DNA from: Iphione sp. A-MEVVRFRX5
Lineage: Eukaryota
Reading direction: 5' to 3'
DNA: 64,000 bases
NCBI GenBank assembly: GCA_976226885.1
Contig: OZ320319.1
Location: 3,720,001 to 3,784,000 of the forward strand
Part shown: piece after piece, positions 50,610 to 61,719 of the stretch
How positions within the stretch are numbered: the stretch's first letter is position 1
Layout: each line of letters starts with the position of its first letter
The notes under the pieces: model-generated
Told to the model about the DNA's origin: nothing
The model's database searches: none
Seen by the model: only the letters and a program-made list of their open reading frames with translations
Program-made: the position numbers and the translations under genes

Positions 50610-51599
50610 GTAGGCATGTGTAAATGGTATATGGTACAATGGTAAATGATACACTAACCCTTCACTATTATGACATTGCTTGGTAGAGGTTTTTATTATA
50701 CTTTCTTTTCAGTTTTTTTTCAAGGCATTTTGCTTAGAATGCAAAAGGCACTGGACCATCATACTGGGTGGCTGTGTATTAGACATGAATCTTGGTTAGT
50801 CCCAAACAAAAACAAGGAAATAGATGTTTATTACAGCCCGGACACGGCGGACACTCACCTACGGACACTTATTTTACAGTCCCATACAGTGATTTTACAG
50901 GGTTTACAGCGGACAGACATGCTTCCGTCACTTCTTTGATGGTCCCTCACACCTGGAAGAGGTGTGATCTGGTCACAACAGCCCGGACACAGCGGACACC
51001 CTCGACAGCGGACACTCTAAGGACAGTCCTGAAAATGTCCGTTGTGGTGGGGTTCCACTGTATATACAGAGCACTGGAATACCATGGTGGTGTAATATAC
51101 TGAGGGGTTGTCTATTAGACATGAATTGGGTGTCTGTGCTAATGTATGTAGGGCACTGGAATACCAAGGTGGTGTAATACTGAGGAGTTGTCTGTTAAAC
51201 CTAAATCTGGTACCTGTGCTATCTGTATCCTGTAAACAGCAGAGACTCTTACAGGACCAAAGAGTTTCACATTCATTTGTTATATGAGAGAAGCCGAACA
51301 GAAAACAGCAGACTAGCCTGAGACAAAGGGAAACAAATCTCAAAGAGGACAGAGAACACCACCCAGATGATCATATTTGTAATATTCCCTTGCTGGGTAA
51401 TAATAACACAAGATTTAACTTAGTTTTCTACTCCTTTACTGCACAGCACATGTGGTGTTATTCCATGGCTCCTGGATGGTGGTGTCTCACTCCATGTTCA
51501 CCTCTAACATGTTACACGGTGCTACTGGTACACTACAATATTGACTTGAAGTCCTCTCAAAACAAAGGGATTAAGCTATACTTTAATGTGATAAGTTAT

Positions 51600-51925
51600 G
51601 GGTGGGAAGTTAGGTCTGCTGGTAGGAGGGCTGACTTGCACTGACCTCTCTGATTGAGAGGACACTGGTTCAATCCTGGGCCATGGTCTCTTAGTCATCA
51701 TTAGACTGATTTACTGTAGCCCTCACCCAGATTAGTCCACAACTTATAAACAAGGCTGTGGATGTATAGGATTCTGAGAACTAAGAGTAGGGAACAACCC
51801 TGGGTATTCCAGTCTCTCAGTTCTCAATAATAGTTGGTAGTATGCTTCCTTGGAAGATATCAAAGAACAGCTCCTAAGATAGTTGAATATCTAGTGCCCA
51901 GTTGAAGATAAAATGGGAATGATAA
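51600..51925 (+). mobile_element. diverged copy of the tRNA-derived SINE
   Basis: ggttcaatcctggg B box and the shared core. Confidence 0.75.
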
Positions 51926-52045
51926 AAAATTAGTTTACTCCTACTACATAGTCTCTACAGGACAGGTTTGGCTTGATGAAAGGTATTGTTAATTACAGTT
52001 TTCTTTATCTTCTTCTGACTCTTCAATTAATCTTTAGCTTAAAGT

Positions 52046-52404
52046 GGGTGGGGAGTTAGCTCAGTGGTAGAGCACTGGTCCACTGATTGAGAGGTCACAG
52101 GTTCAATCCCAGGCTTGGGCTCTTGATCACGACCAGACAGATTTACTGTAGCCCCAACCCAGAGTGGTCCACAACTCGTAAAAAGGCCGTGGGTGTATAG
52201 GATTCTGTCCCCTATGCACAAAAAGACCCCAGAAACCTATTCGAAATAAGAGTAGGGGGCAACCCCGGGTATTCTGGTCTCTCGATTCTCGACAATAGAT
52301 GGTAGTATGCTACCCCAGGAGGATATGGAAGAGCTCTGTCATGTGACAGAGAATATCTAGTTCCTGGTTAAAGATACAATGAAATGAAATGAAATGAAAT
52401 GAAA
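52046..52404 (+). mobile_element. tRNA-derived SINE (best-preserved copy), Meta-domain-like core, (TGAAA)n tail
   Basis: A box tagctcagtggtagagc, B box ggttcaatcc, tail tgaaatgaaatgaaatgaaatgaa. Confidence 0.9.
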
Positions 52405-52635
52405 GTTCACTTTAAACTTATTTTCCATTGAAGGTATTATAGTTTTGAGTATTTAATCATGTCTGTAGTCCTCCTGATCCACCAGTATATTAAATCTAAC
52501 ATAGTCTTGTCTGAGATCACAAAAACACAAACCTCTATTACAATATCAAAGATCTATGAAAGATATGATGGGAAACCAGTACAATAGACCAGATCGCAGC
52601 TGAGACCCGACCTGGGGAACCAAAGAATGCATTTC

Positions 52636-55060
52636 CTATATGATTCTAGAGACTACACGGAAGACCAGACAGCAGGGGTGACCATATTTCTGCAGTCTCC
52701 CAAGTGGCTGCCTAAAGCGGGAGTCCCTGTAGTTTCAATCATTTAATATGGAACACAGGAAGTTGCCTAAGTTGCCTAAATCTATGCAGGATCTTTGGAA
52801 AACACAGAAGATAGTATTAAAAATAAAAGTCAAACAATGTAATGTTCTTCCACAGGAATACTTATTTCATTTCATTTCATTGTATCTTTCACCAGGAATA
52901 TATTCAGCTATCATCAGGACAGGGCTCTTCCATATCCTCCTGGGTAGCACACTACTATCTATTATTGAGAATTGAGAGACCAGAATACCTGGGATTGCCC
53001 CCTATGCAAGCTGCGAGTTATAGATGATCTAATATGAGAGGGGGAGGGTATTTAATAGCTATTTAGCTATTTTATTGCTGAGAAGGATATACTGAGAGGG
53101 TCCCCCTTCCTCCAAGAGCAGCTCACATATTCATATACATCCTCTCATGTACGTAGAAGCCAACTGGCTTCAGCTGTGGCTTCTTATCTATGATCACCAA
53201 GTTACTTCCTAGGCCTATAAAGAAAATACCTGTATTTCTGGTAATCCTACCATCCCTGATGTCGCCGCTAAATGGAAGTTTTAATTTAATTTTTGTGTTG
53301 TTAATATCATGACGATGAATAAGGTTACAGACTCATAATCCACCACTGCCTTCCATGTACAGAGGAGACTCCAAAACCAAACACTCAAAATCCGAATTTT
53401 CTAAAATCCAAACATATTTGTCCATTACCAATTGTTTTCTCTGTTAAAATACTCATATAACTGAACATTTGTATTCAAAATCCGAACGAATTTGAGCAAA
53501 TTTGGCTGGTTTTTGTCAATTTTTTGTTAGGAATTTGGCTAGTTTTTGCCTAATTTCAGACAAATTTGACTGATTTTCGGACTAATTTGGCTGAGTTTTG
53601 CCAATTGTCAGACTAATTTGGCTGAGTTTTGCCAATTTTCAGATGAATTTGACTGAGTTAGACATTTTTTAGGACAAATTTGGCTGAGTTTTGCCAATTT
53701 TCAGATCATTAGGATTTTGAGTATTGACTGTACCATTAGTTTTCACCAGCCTAACTGCCCTTATTTCCAAACATGTTATTGGAGACACAGATATATATTT
53801 TTTTATCTTATCAGGTTACTGAAGCCACAGATCCTCAGTGGTTGTTAGATGACTCAAGTATAGAGTGGCTTCATCTCAGAGGCATACAGGCACATATAGT
53901 TCAATGTTTTCCTTCACCTCTTTTGACAATGAAATGGAGGAATCTGCTGATTCTGGGTAATACAGTAGAGCCTCTCTTAGGAGACCAAGCTTGGGACTGA
54001 CCAATTTTGGTCTCAACTGAGAGGCAGTCTCCCCTGTGAAGCACTTGTCTTCTGTGCTCCCAAGTGATAATAAATATTAATCACATACAACAAAAGAGAA
54101 AAAACTGATATGAACTCTTATTCATTAAAATCTATAAATCCTTTATACATTGCCTAGGTGATTAAGATTGGGAGCAAGGTTGCACCTCTCCTAGGGGTTG
54201 GTACCCATCAAAGGAGCAAGAATCGTACCTCGTTCCCATTGTCGGGAGCAAAGTTGCACCTCTCCCAGTTGTTGGTACCAATCAAAGGAGCTCTTGGTTG
54301 CCTCTGCGAGGCAAAACCTGGTCTTTGGTACTGAAATTCTTGGTCTCTCCCTAGAGGTGGTCTCCTCTGTGAAGTGGTCTCTTTTGAGAGGCTTTTATAT
54401 ATAGGAAATGTACAGAAATTTGTTCCGTTCTGACTGATTTTGGTCTCTCCCGAGGTTTGGTCTCCCCTGTGAAATGGTCTTTAGGAGAGGCTCTACTGTA
54501 CAGGATAAGTTTGTCCGGTCCCAGTGCTATATTTCCTATAATACAACCACCTCACATAACCGGGAAATGTATAGTTCAAAACAAAATTGTTTGGTCCTAT
54601 TTTTTTTGTCTTTAGTCTTAATTGCTACTGTATCAGATTGATTATATTAAGTATAATGGCAGTTGAGGGTCTCAACAGAAGACATAATGAGTTTGGCTTG
54701 GACCTTGTTTATTTGTCGCAGTTTTCACCGACTCATACATATATGATAAAAAAAATAAGAGAAAATATCCTGCTTAAACTTCTGCCCAATGTAAATGTCC
54801 AGCACTCTAAGAAATAACAGACTTGGCACCTCACTGCCACTACTGGGTTGTACAATTAAAGCTCTTAGCAGTTATACATGTCAAACTGACAAGTTCACAA
54901 TCAAAGCTATACATATTGTAAAGCATGAATAGCTACACATACATGTGCACTATAGGCTCATCTAACATAAGCATGTGTTTACTGACCTCCTTCTTCTTTT
55001 CTTGTAGTTGAAATGCATTAATTCTGGCAAAGAAATCCACTTTAAGTGACTGGATGCCAT
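52636..55060 (-). CDS. unidentified small protein, tentative exons 54987-55060, 53918-53952, 53127-53214, 52636-52726
   Basis: Phase-compatible splicing gives MASSHLKWISLPELMHFNYKKRRRRISRFLHFIVKRGLGSNLVIIDKKPQLKPVGFYVHERMYMNMDSRFRQPLGRLQKYGHPCCLVFRVVSRII*. The last two exons have good sites; the 35-nt exon is weak; an acceptor before the ATG suggests further upstream exons. Confidence 0.45.
52862..53005 (-). mobile_element. antisense 3' half of the same SINE
   Basis: atttcatttcatttcattgtatcttt...gagaccagaatacctgggattgcccc. Confidence 0.75.
53360..53730. mobile_element. MITE-like element with an internal 30-bp tandem repeat
   Basis: ta|cagaggagactccaaaacc...ctcaaaatcc ... ggattttgagtattgactg|ta; aatttggctgagttttgccaattttcagac units inside. 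Confidence 0.55.
53963..54498. mobile_element. MITE, CAGTAGAGCC TIR family, TA flanks
   Basis: ta|cagtagagcctctcttaggagacca ... tggtctttaggagaggctctactg|ta; related fragments at about 2690-2960. Confidence 0.75.
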
Positions 55061-55878
55061 CTTATTTCTGTCTATATTAGAGAATTCCTTGCAAACTAAT
55101 TTAAATAACTGCTACTAGATGGCAGCAGGTGCATGACTACTCTTACATAAAGATTAAACACAAAATTTATTCTACCAATATATATATGTATAGAGATATA
55201 TACAAAACCTTTATATGCACCCTTACACAAAACGTCACAGGACTGGCAAAAAGAAAATCATAATTTATTCAAACATAGCAATTTTTCATGGTGTCAAATA
55301 ACTTTTAGCATAAATTATCTTGTCATTTTCTCCCCCAAGAATAGGTCGGGAATGCTTTAATGTGCTGTTCTCCACGATGCATGTATATATTTTCCTCTTT
55401 TAGGAGGCCCTCCACCTTCAACTCCTTCCGCACCTTCCAAGTGAGTATTTCTTTTGATATACACCTCAGTTTAACTTCATGTTGTGTACATGTATGACAC
55501 AGCATCAAATTACATTTTACAAGTAAAGATGATGAGAATTCGTGCATATTGAATTGAAACTCGTTTATTCGCATCTCTGGTTACATAGCATAACAGGAGG
55601 TCTTCCAGTGAAATGTTATTGGCGAATATTGATGTATCAGTGAATCGAGTGTTGGAATACAGGTAGTGTTGATTTCAACAATGTTATATATACAAGTTAA
55701 GCACAACAATGATAAATCACAGTATGGTGTTGATGGTTTGATACAGGTAATGATACATATACAGAAAATAGACAATGATCACAAGTAATATGGTTCAGGA
55801 CTGGTTCCTTTACAATTTGCGAAAAGTGTTTTGTCAAATGCAGTCTGTTGCAATTCAACGAGAAGATTCAGGCTTGAT

Positions 55879-58678
55879 TCATGACTCAAGCAGATTTTGA
55901 CTTTTGATTCTCTTCTTGAACTTCAGGTAGCTGCTTTCAGCTCTGAGCTCTGGTGTAAGTGTATTCCACCTCTGCACATTTTGATACCAACTGCTCCTCT
56001 TGAACCTTGCAAGGGCTGGTTTATACAGAGGCAGGGCTGGTCCCACACTCCTCCTTGTCTGTCTTTTTGATATTTTTAGATGACATAACTTTAGATTCAC
56101 TATCCTGTGAACTTGCAGCATACCCTGTATCTTCCCCCTGTCTTCCAGACTTCGTAGTCCCAGTTGCCGTCTCAGTTGTTTTGCAGATTTTATACCTTTC
56201 CTTGTTCCTAGAATAATTCTTTTCATTAAGTTGTTATACTCAATTTGTAGGTTAGTTCATAGCTTATTCCCCGCAGATACTATATGACTTAGGCCATATT
56301 CAAAGATTGGATCTATGAAGGCCTTAAAAACTCTAACCCTGTCTTTAAACTGCAGAAATTTTGAGAATCTTGAAATGCCTAAAGCACGCTGTCTGGCTGT
56401 TGTTCTTATGTGTTTGGCTTGATTTATCCATGTCAGTTCTGAGTCCAGTCTGTAGCCGAGAAATGTTGAGTCACCGTTGTAATGGAAGTCCATGTAGTCT
56501 GAGGTCTAGGTCAAGAGTCGGGCCATGCCCAAAGACCATGTAGTTGCTTTTAGTTGGATTGATTACCAACCCGACTCTTTTGCACCATTGTACCACATCA
56601 TTCAGTCCTCTTTGCAGTTTCAGGCGGAGACTCATAAGATTTGTTCCCGTGGCATAGAGGGTTATGTCATCAGCGTACAACAATACTTTCCTTATCGCTA
56701 GACTATCCGGTAGAGAATTCATGACAATTGAAAACAGAAGGGGGCCTAAGTGGCTTCCCTGAGGTACCCCTTGCCCAACAGGACAGATTGATGACTCTTT
56801 GCCATTACATTTTACGAATTGGCGCCTATCTTGTAAATAGGAGACTAACCAACTGACAGTACGCATCGACAGGTTAAATCGACCCAAACAACTGATAAGG
56901 TAATTATGATTTATAATGTCGAAAGCCGACGTCAAGTCTAGGAAAATCGTCCCGAAATGAGTTCTTCTATTAAGTGAGTCGTAACATTCCTTCATGAGGT
57001 ATGTCATTGCAGTCGAGGTTCCCCTATTGGGCCTAAACCCATGTTGTTCAGGTGCAAGTTTGAGCGATTTCTCTAGATATTCTGACAGTTTTTGCTGCAC
57101 ATGACACTCCACAATCTTACCCATCCCGTGAATGATGGAGACGGGTCGGTAATTCTCCTTTTTGGTGGATGGCTTTTTCTTAAGGATTGGTCTGACTCTT
57201 GCAGTTTTCCAAGACATTAGAAAGTTGGCGCTTGTGAGTGAAATGTTGACTATGCTCAACACTAGTATCAAATTTAACATCAGGAAATCTTTTAGAACTC
57301 TCATTGGAACACCCTCAATACCACTAGACTTTTTCTCATCAAGACACCGTACAGCCTTTCTCAACTCTGTTTCCTTCATAGATGGAACAGTCCACCCTGC
57401 CTGATTTGACTCAGCTTTTTCTTTTTCAATTTGTGAACTTGCGCCCGTTGCAAGAGCCTTTGCCTTTTGACTGAACCACTCATTAAAGACCTCTGGTACC
57501 TGTTCCATGGGGACTGATACATCGTTGTCAATCAAGGAAATTTCCTTTTCAACTTGGTTAAGTTTTAAGACGTCGGTATTGATAACATCCCAATAGTCCC
57601 TGGCATTGGTGCAATCATTTAGTTTTTCCTTATAATAATTCTTCTTAGCTTCCTTTACAAGCTTTGTTACCATTTTCCTATAAAATTTTCCTATTCTGTA
57701 CGAGTCTATGTCACCCCGCTTGCGATAATCTCTCAGAAAAAAGTCCCTATTCTTAATGGCCTCAATAATCCTGGGGGTCACCCATTCGTGTTGTTTTCTG
57801 CTTTTGTACCTTCGCCATGGGCATAACTCATTGGCCCCTTCCCTCATTGCATTTTCTAGTCCTACCCAAACTTCTTCCAGATTGTCACTATTAGGAATTG
57901 GGAGGTTATCAACCTTGGTCTGTATGTGATCATGAAGTGCAGATCTACTGTAACTTGTATATGTCCTTCCTTCAAACTCTACCGTGACATACCTTTCCCT
58001 CTCCTTTTTATTTCTCAAGAACACAGGGTAATGGTCACTGGCTGCAGTGGCCAGAGAACCCGCTGCGGTAATATGTGTCATATTGCTAAACATCAGATCC
58101 AAACATGATTTGGCCGAATTGTGGATCAGAGTTTGTCCCTTTATGTACTGACACATGCCCCGCAATTTCATCATTTGTTCTAATGCTATCTTATTAGCAC
58201 TGTCTGTGAGCCAGTTTATGTTGAGATCACCACAAATTATGACATCTTTCCCTGGTTTTATTGAATTTAGGCAAGTTAATAAGTAGTCACTGACAATTTT
58301 AAAATTTATGGGTGGAATAACATAACAACAGCAAAGTAGCAGCGGCTTTCTGTGATTGGACCTTATTTCTAACCAGATAGACTCTATATGTTCATTCATA
58401 ATGTCCAGTTCATTTTGCTCCGTTACCTGACAACTGTCACTTATATATACACAAACACCGCCCCCCTTGCTCTTCACTGTCGATTGACGATCACGTCTGT
58501 ACAGCGTATATGCAGGGACCTGTATTTGACTGTCCACAGTAGATGGCGTCAGCCATGTTTCCACCAGCCCAACTGCAGTAGGCTTGCGTTGTCTAGCCAT
58601 GGCTTCGACCTCATGCAATTTTGGTATTAGGCTGCGGATGTTCCAGGAAATAAATTCGCGTCCTTTTCCAGCTGCCAT
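55879..58678 (-). pseudogene. LINE ORF2p (APE endonuclease + reverse transcriptase), frameshift near 56470 and stop at 56257
   Basis: APE motifs SWNIRSL, ETWL, GDLN, SCLD, SDH; RT motifs QHGFR, FLDLTSAFD, GVPQGS.LGP, YADD; C-terminus continues in ORFs 56257-56493 and 55879-56226 (WNTLT..R...FK). Confidence 0.93.
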
Positions 58679-58766
58679 TTTCCATATGTGCCAGGACCTA
58701 TGACCGCAGAGTCAATAATGTATATGGATTAATGACAGCTCAGTCGAGCTTCCTGATGGTGCTGAC

Positions 58767-59384
58767 CTAGAGTAGCCGTACAATGTAATTGCCTACATTG
58801 CACGCCCAGTTGTAGACCACGTGATGATTCGCCATACCTGTTGCACTCACCTCCTCCGGCCGAAAGATCACTGTACCACCTGTGCATTCATGTATGGGCC
58901 ATGAAGTCTCAGGAGTAGAGAGTCCGGCAGTGAGGTTTGTCTCCTCCACCGCCAGGTTGAAATGGCATATTTGGGCGTTCAATAGAGACTGCTCATCACT
59001 ATTCTCGCCATCCAGCGATACTCCATGAATTGGTAGGAAGAGAACAGGTTGGCCCCTGATGTTGGTTAGATAGTGTGCGATGGTGGCCAGATGATTTATA
59101 ATGTCACTGTCCACATCTTCATCGCTAACATCTCTCAATACCCACTGTCCTCTGTCACGTTCTACAAAAGTATGCAGCCCCACTCTGAATACTGTGAGGG
59201 CGAACGGCCCTATAGGTAACGACGATATGTTGCGAGCCACATCCTCCAAGCGTATTTCCGAATATACGTGTGTTGACAAGAAGAAGGTATCAAAGTGTTG
59301 TTCTTGGATGTGGTAGCTGAGCTCCACTCCTGTCCCGTCGGTTATATATCGCACTAAAGGATTCATACCTGGAACACATACCAA
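58767..59384 (-). CDS. middle ORF of the LINE, SGNH/GDSL-esterase-like fold, N-terminus apparently disrupted
   Basis: 205-aa open frame (first ATG at 59366) with VCVPG, VFRVGLHTF, LN..I..FN and terminal WA..V segments; upstream fragment MATRNYQELGRLHILTN* (ATG at 59509) is out of frame. Confidence 0.55.
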   Translation of the reverse strand: MVCVPGMNPLVRYITDGTGVELSYHIQEQHFDTFFLSTHVYSEIRLEDVARNISSLPIGPFALTVFRVGLHTFVERDRGQWVLRDVSDEDVDSDIINHLATIAHYLTNIRGQPVLFLPIHGVSLDGENSDEQSLLNAQICHFNLAVEETNLTAGLSTPETSWPIHECTGGTVIFRPEEVSATGMANHHVVYNWACNVGNYIVRLL

Positions 59385-59554
59385 GCGAATACAGTTTTAA
59401 CCTGAAGTAAGTTGTAGGTATGCACTATAATAGAGAGTTCAATATTTTTACTGGTTCAATTTGTCAATATATGTAATCGCCCAAGTTCTTGGTAATTTCT
59501 AGTAGCCATTGATTTTCATTTGTAGTCCACTTATGGCGTGTTTGTGTTCCCCAG

Positions 59555-61072
59555 TTATTTGTTAATATACATATCATGCCGTATTTGCATAAGTGCTTTT
59601 CCCACCAGGTTGTGCCCCTTATGCTCTTTCCCTACAGTGCACGAATGCCATAGATTAAGACCCGATCCTAGCTCACAGTCATACGTTGCCTCTGTTAGGT
59701 ACAGGTCCTCGGATCGTTTCAAGTAGTCTAATAGATGTGGATTCTGATCAAACTTACTTCTGTATATGTCAATGAGAGTCTCCAAGCCTTTTTTTCCCCA
59801 CTCTTCCGTAGCACGTACGCGAGAGCCGATTGACCTTACTGTTACAGGGTCAATCTCGCCTAGTATCTTCTCTGCTGCCGCCTGGTTGTCAGCTTGTACT
59901 GCTTTCGTGTGTTGGAAGGCTTGTTCCGCTGATGTATAAGTAATATCGTTGTATACTATCGGGCAACAGTATAGGTTTGAAACCGGCACGTGTACCCCTC
60001 TGAATGCTAGCGTGTGGTCAGAGTGGTAGGAGTTAGCTTCTGCTGGTGACAGGGCCGGCGGTAGCTCGTCCAGTTTGTCGTGGGTATATCCAATGCCGTC
60101 TATTGTTAGACTAATCCCTGTGACACTTGCTCTGTGCCCTAGCTCGCGTGCATGTCGAGCGATTGCGTGTAAGTCACGGTTCAGTGGTTGGAGGTCTTTT
60201 GGTATATCTTCATTGAGGTATACGTTCCTGTAGCTGGTATGTTTTCGCAATTTAAATCTGCCACGATAAGCGATGTCTCTCGCCCACTTTTTCTTGAAAG
60301 TAACTATGATGTTTCTTTGCTTGTTCCCCTTGAACATACCCAGTCGTTTCGCTTCCAAGATTTCCTCGTGATCTAGTACCTCGTCAATAACGGTTAAGAC
60401 TTCGAGAACTTTTTCTACAGTGTCCTCATTTTCTCCATCTGCCACACCCTGTATTAATAAATTTCTTCCTCGGTCTGCTAATTGGGTGCTTTCTTCGGCT
60501 CGAAAGTCTTCATCTGTAATCTCCTCCCAGCTACTGATAGATGATTGGACTTTCGTTATCTGTTCATCTAGGTTGTCGATTTTCGAATGTAATCTCCCTG
60601 TCTCGTTTGAGAGAGTATCCACTGCTCTTTTCTCCTGTTCAGATGATCTGTTCTCTATTGATTCTAGCCTTTTTTCGATGTTGTTTAATAGTGCTGTTGT
60701 TTGTGCTAGCCATTCACTCAACTTTTTTGCACAGCTGCACTCTGCCTTCTTTTCTTCCCTATTTTCCTGTTCGCGTGTTGCAGTAGTTGTTTGTTGCGTT
60801 TTTAATAGATGCAGGATCTCCTCGATATTTCTTCCTACCTTAGACGATTCAATTGTCTCCTCATTTGTTGGCTGGGAATCAGTATTGTTATCCCCCGGGT
60901 GGTCGTCCCTACTGTTCCCGGGTGTGGGCGACGATAATAGGTAGTCCCGCGCGTCCCCTTGGTTCTGTGCTGTACTCGACCGAGTGACCGGTGTGTGCGT
61001 GTTCCCTTCTGGTGTACTCTCCGTCTGTTTCACCTTTCCTTTTGTTTTTCTTGGCTTGGTCCGGTTAGTCAT
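59555..61072 (-). CDS. LINE ORF1p (coiled coil + RRM) fused to a C-terminal NADAR/YbiA domain, 505 aa, intact
   Basis: Heptad-like LNNIEKRLESIENR; RRM-type RGRNLLIQGV...RNIIVTF...VYLNEDIP. Residues 355-505 (59558-60010) align by eye to E. coli YbiA: F..SN, TSAEQAFQHTK, KFDQNPHL, LTEATYD, GHNLVGKALMQIR. Confidence 0.9.
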   Translation of the reverse strand: MTNRTKPRKTKGKVKQTESTPEGNTHTPVTRSSTAQNQGDARDYLLSSPTPGNSRDDHPGDNNTDSQPTNEETIESSKVGRNIEEILHLLKTQQTTTATREQENREEKKAECSCAKKLSEWLAQTTALLNNIEKRLESIENRSSEQEKRAVDTLSNETGRLHSKIDNLDEQITKVQSSISSWEEITDEDFRAEESTQLADRGRNLLIQGVADGENEDTVEKVLEVLTVIDEVLDHEEILEAKRLGMFKGNKQRNIIVTFKKKWARDIAYRGRFKLRKHTSYRNVYLNEDIPKDLQPLNRDLHAIARHARELGHRASVTGISLTIDGIGYTHDKLDELPPALSPAEANSYHSDHTLAFRGVHVPVSNLYCCPIVYNDITYTSAEQAFQHTKAVQADNQAAAEKILGEIDPVTVRSIGSRVRATEEWGKKGLETLIDIYRSKFDQNPHLLDYLKRSEDLYLTEATYDCELGSGLNLWHSCTVGKEHKGHNLVGKALMQIRHDMYINK

Positions 61073-61719
61073 TTCACCCTGTACACTCCACTGTTTGTCT
61101 ATGCAGGTTTTATGCCGTCTTTCCTGTTTTCATATACTTTTTTAACGATTCTTAACCAGTCTTATCGAGAGCGTCCCCCAAGACACGTCTGCACACCTCC
61201 GCGACCAACTGAATATATAAGGCCTATTTTATATTTTCTTAGTCAAAATATAAAATAATGAATAATATGGTCACTAGTCTTAATACTCGTTGTATGCCAC
61301 TCAGACATCCCCGATACCTAAAGGCTTAATTATGTCCACTACTTTTTTATCTTTAAAAGTATTGGACTTATTATTGGTGAGTTTAGTGCATCAGTGATTT
61401 GTGTGTCACCTAATTATAATCTACTTGGAACGAACACGCAAATGTAAATTTCCAGAATCTCCTGTGGTATGGCTGACTGCTATTTGGTTCAAAATATGAC
61501 ATTCTAATATACAGAGTCAGTATCTGCATACTAACACACATGTGCCCTTTCTGTGAGTACTTTTCTGAGGATAACTGGTTACAGAAAATGTTACTCAATC
61601 TAAAATTAGTTCTTACTTCCTGGATAACTGAATTGGCCAGTTTTAATGGTATCGGTAAAAAAAACAGGAAACATTCCAGCACAAGTCCCAAAAATAGTAC
61701 ATTTTCATTGGAGAAGCTC

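Larger units (their letters stand above)
55548..61210 (-). mobile_element. near full-length CR1/L2-group non-LTR retrotransposon with three ORFs (ORF1-NADAR, SGNH-like ORF, APE-RT)
   Basis: 5' UTR with cagacgtgt motif near 61185-61205; ORFs in one orientation; 3' end with gaataaa and ttcaattcaat tail near 55548-55570; no TSD found. Confidence 0.9.

Noticed and set aside
50735-51990. Possible further vWA exons (ECKRHWTII..., GQVWLDE, AHVVLFHG...)
   Set aside because: Several incompatible options and no convincing domain, so the 3' end is left unresolved.
51600-52120. tRNA-like sequences with A and B boxes
   Set aside because: No complete cloverleaf; these are SINE heads, not tRNA genes.
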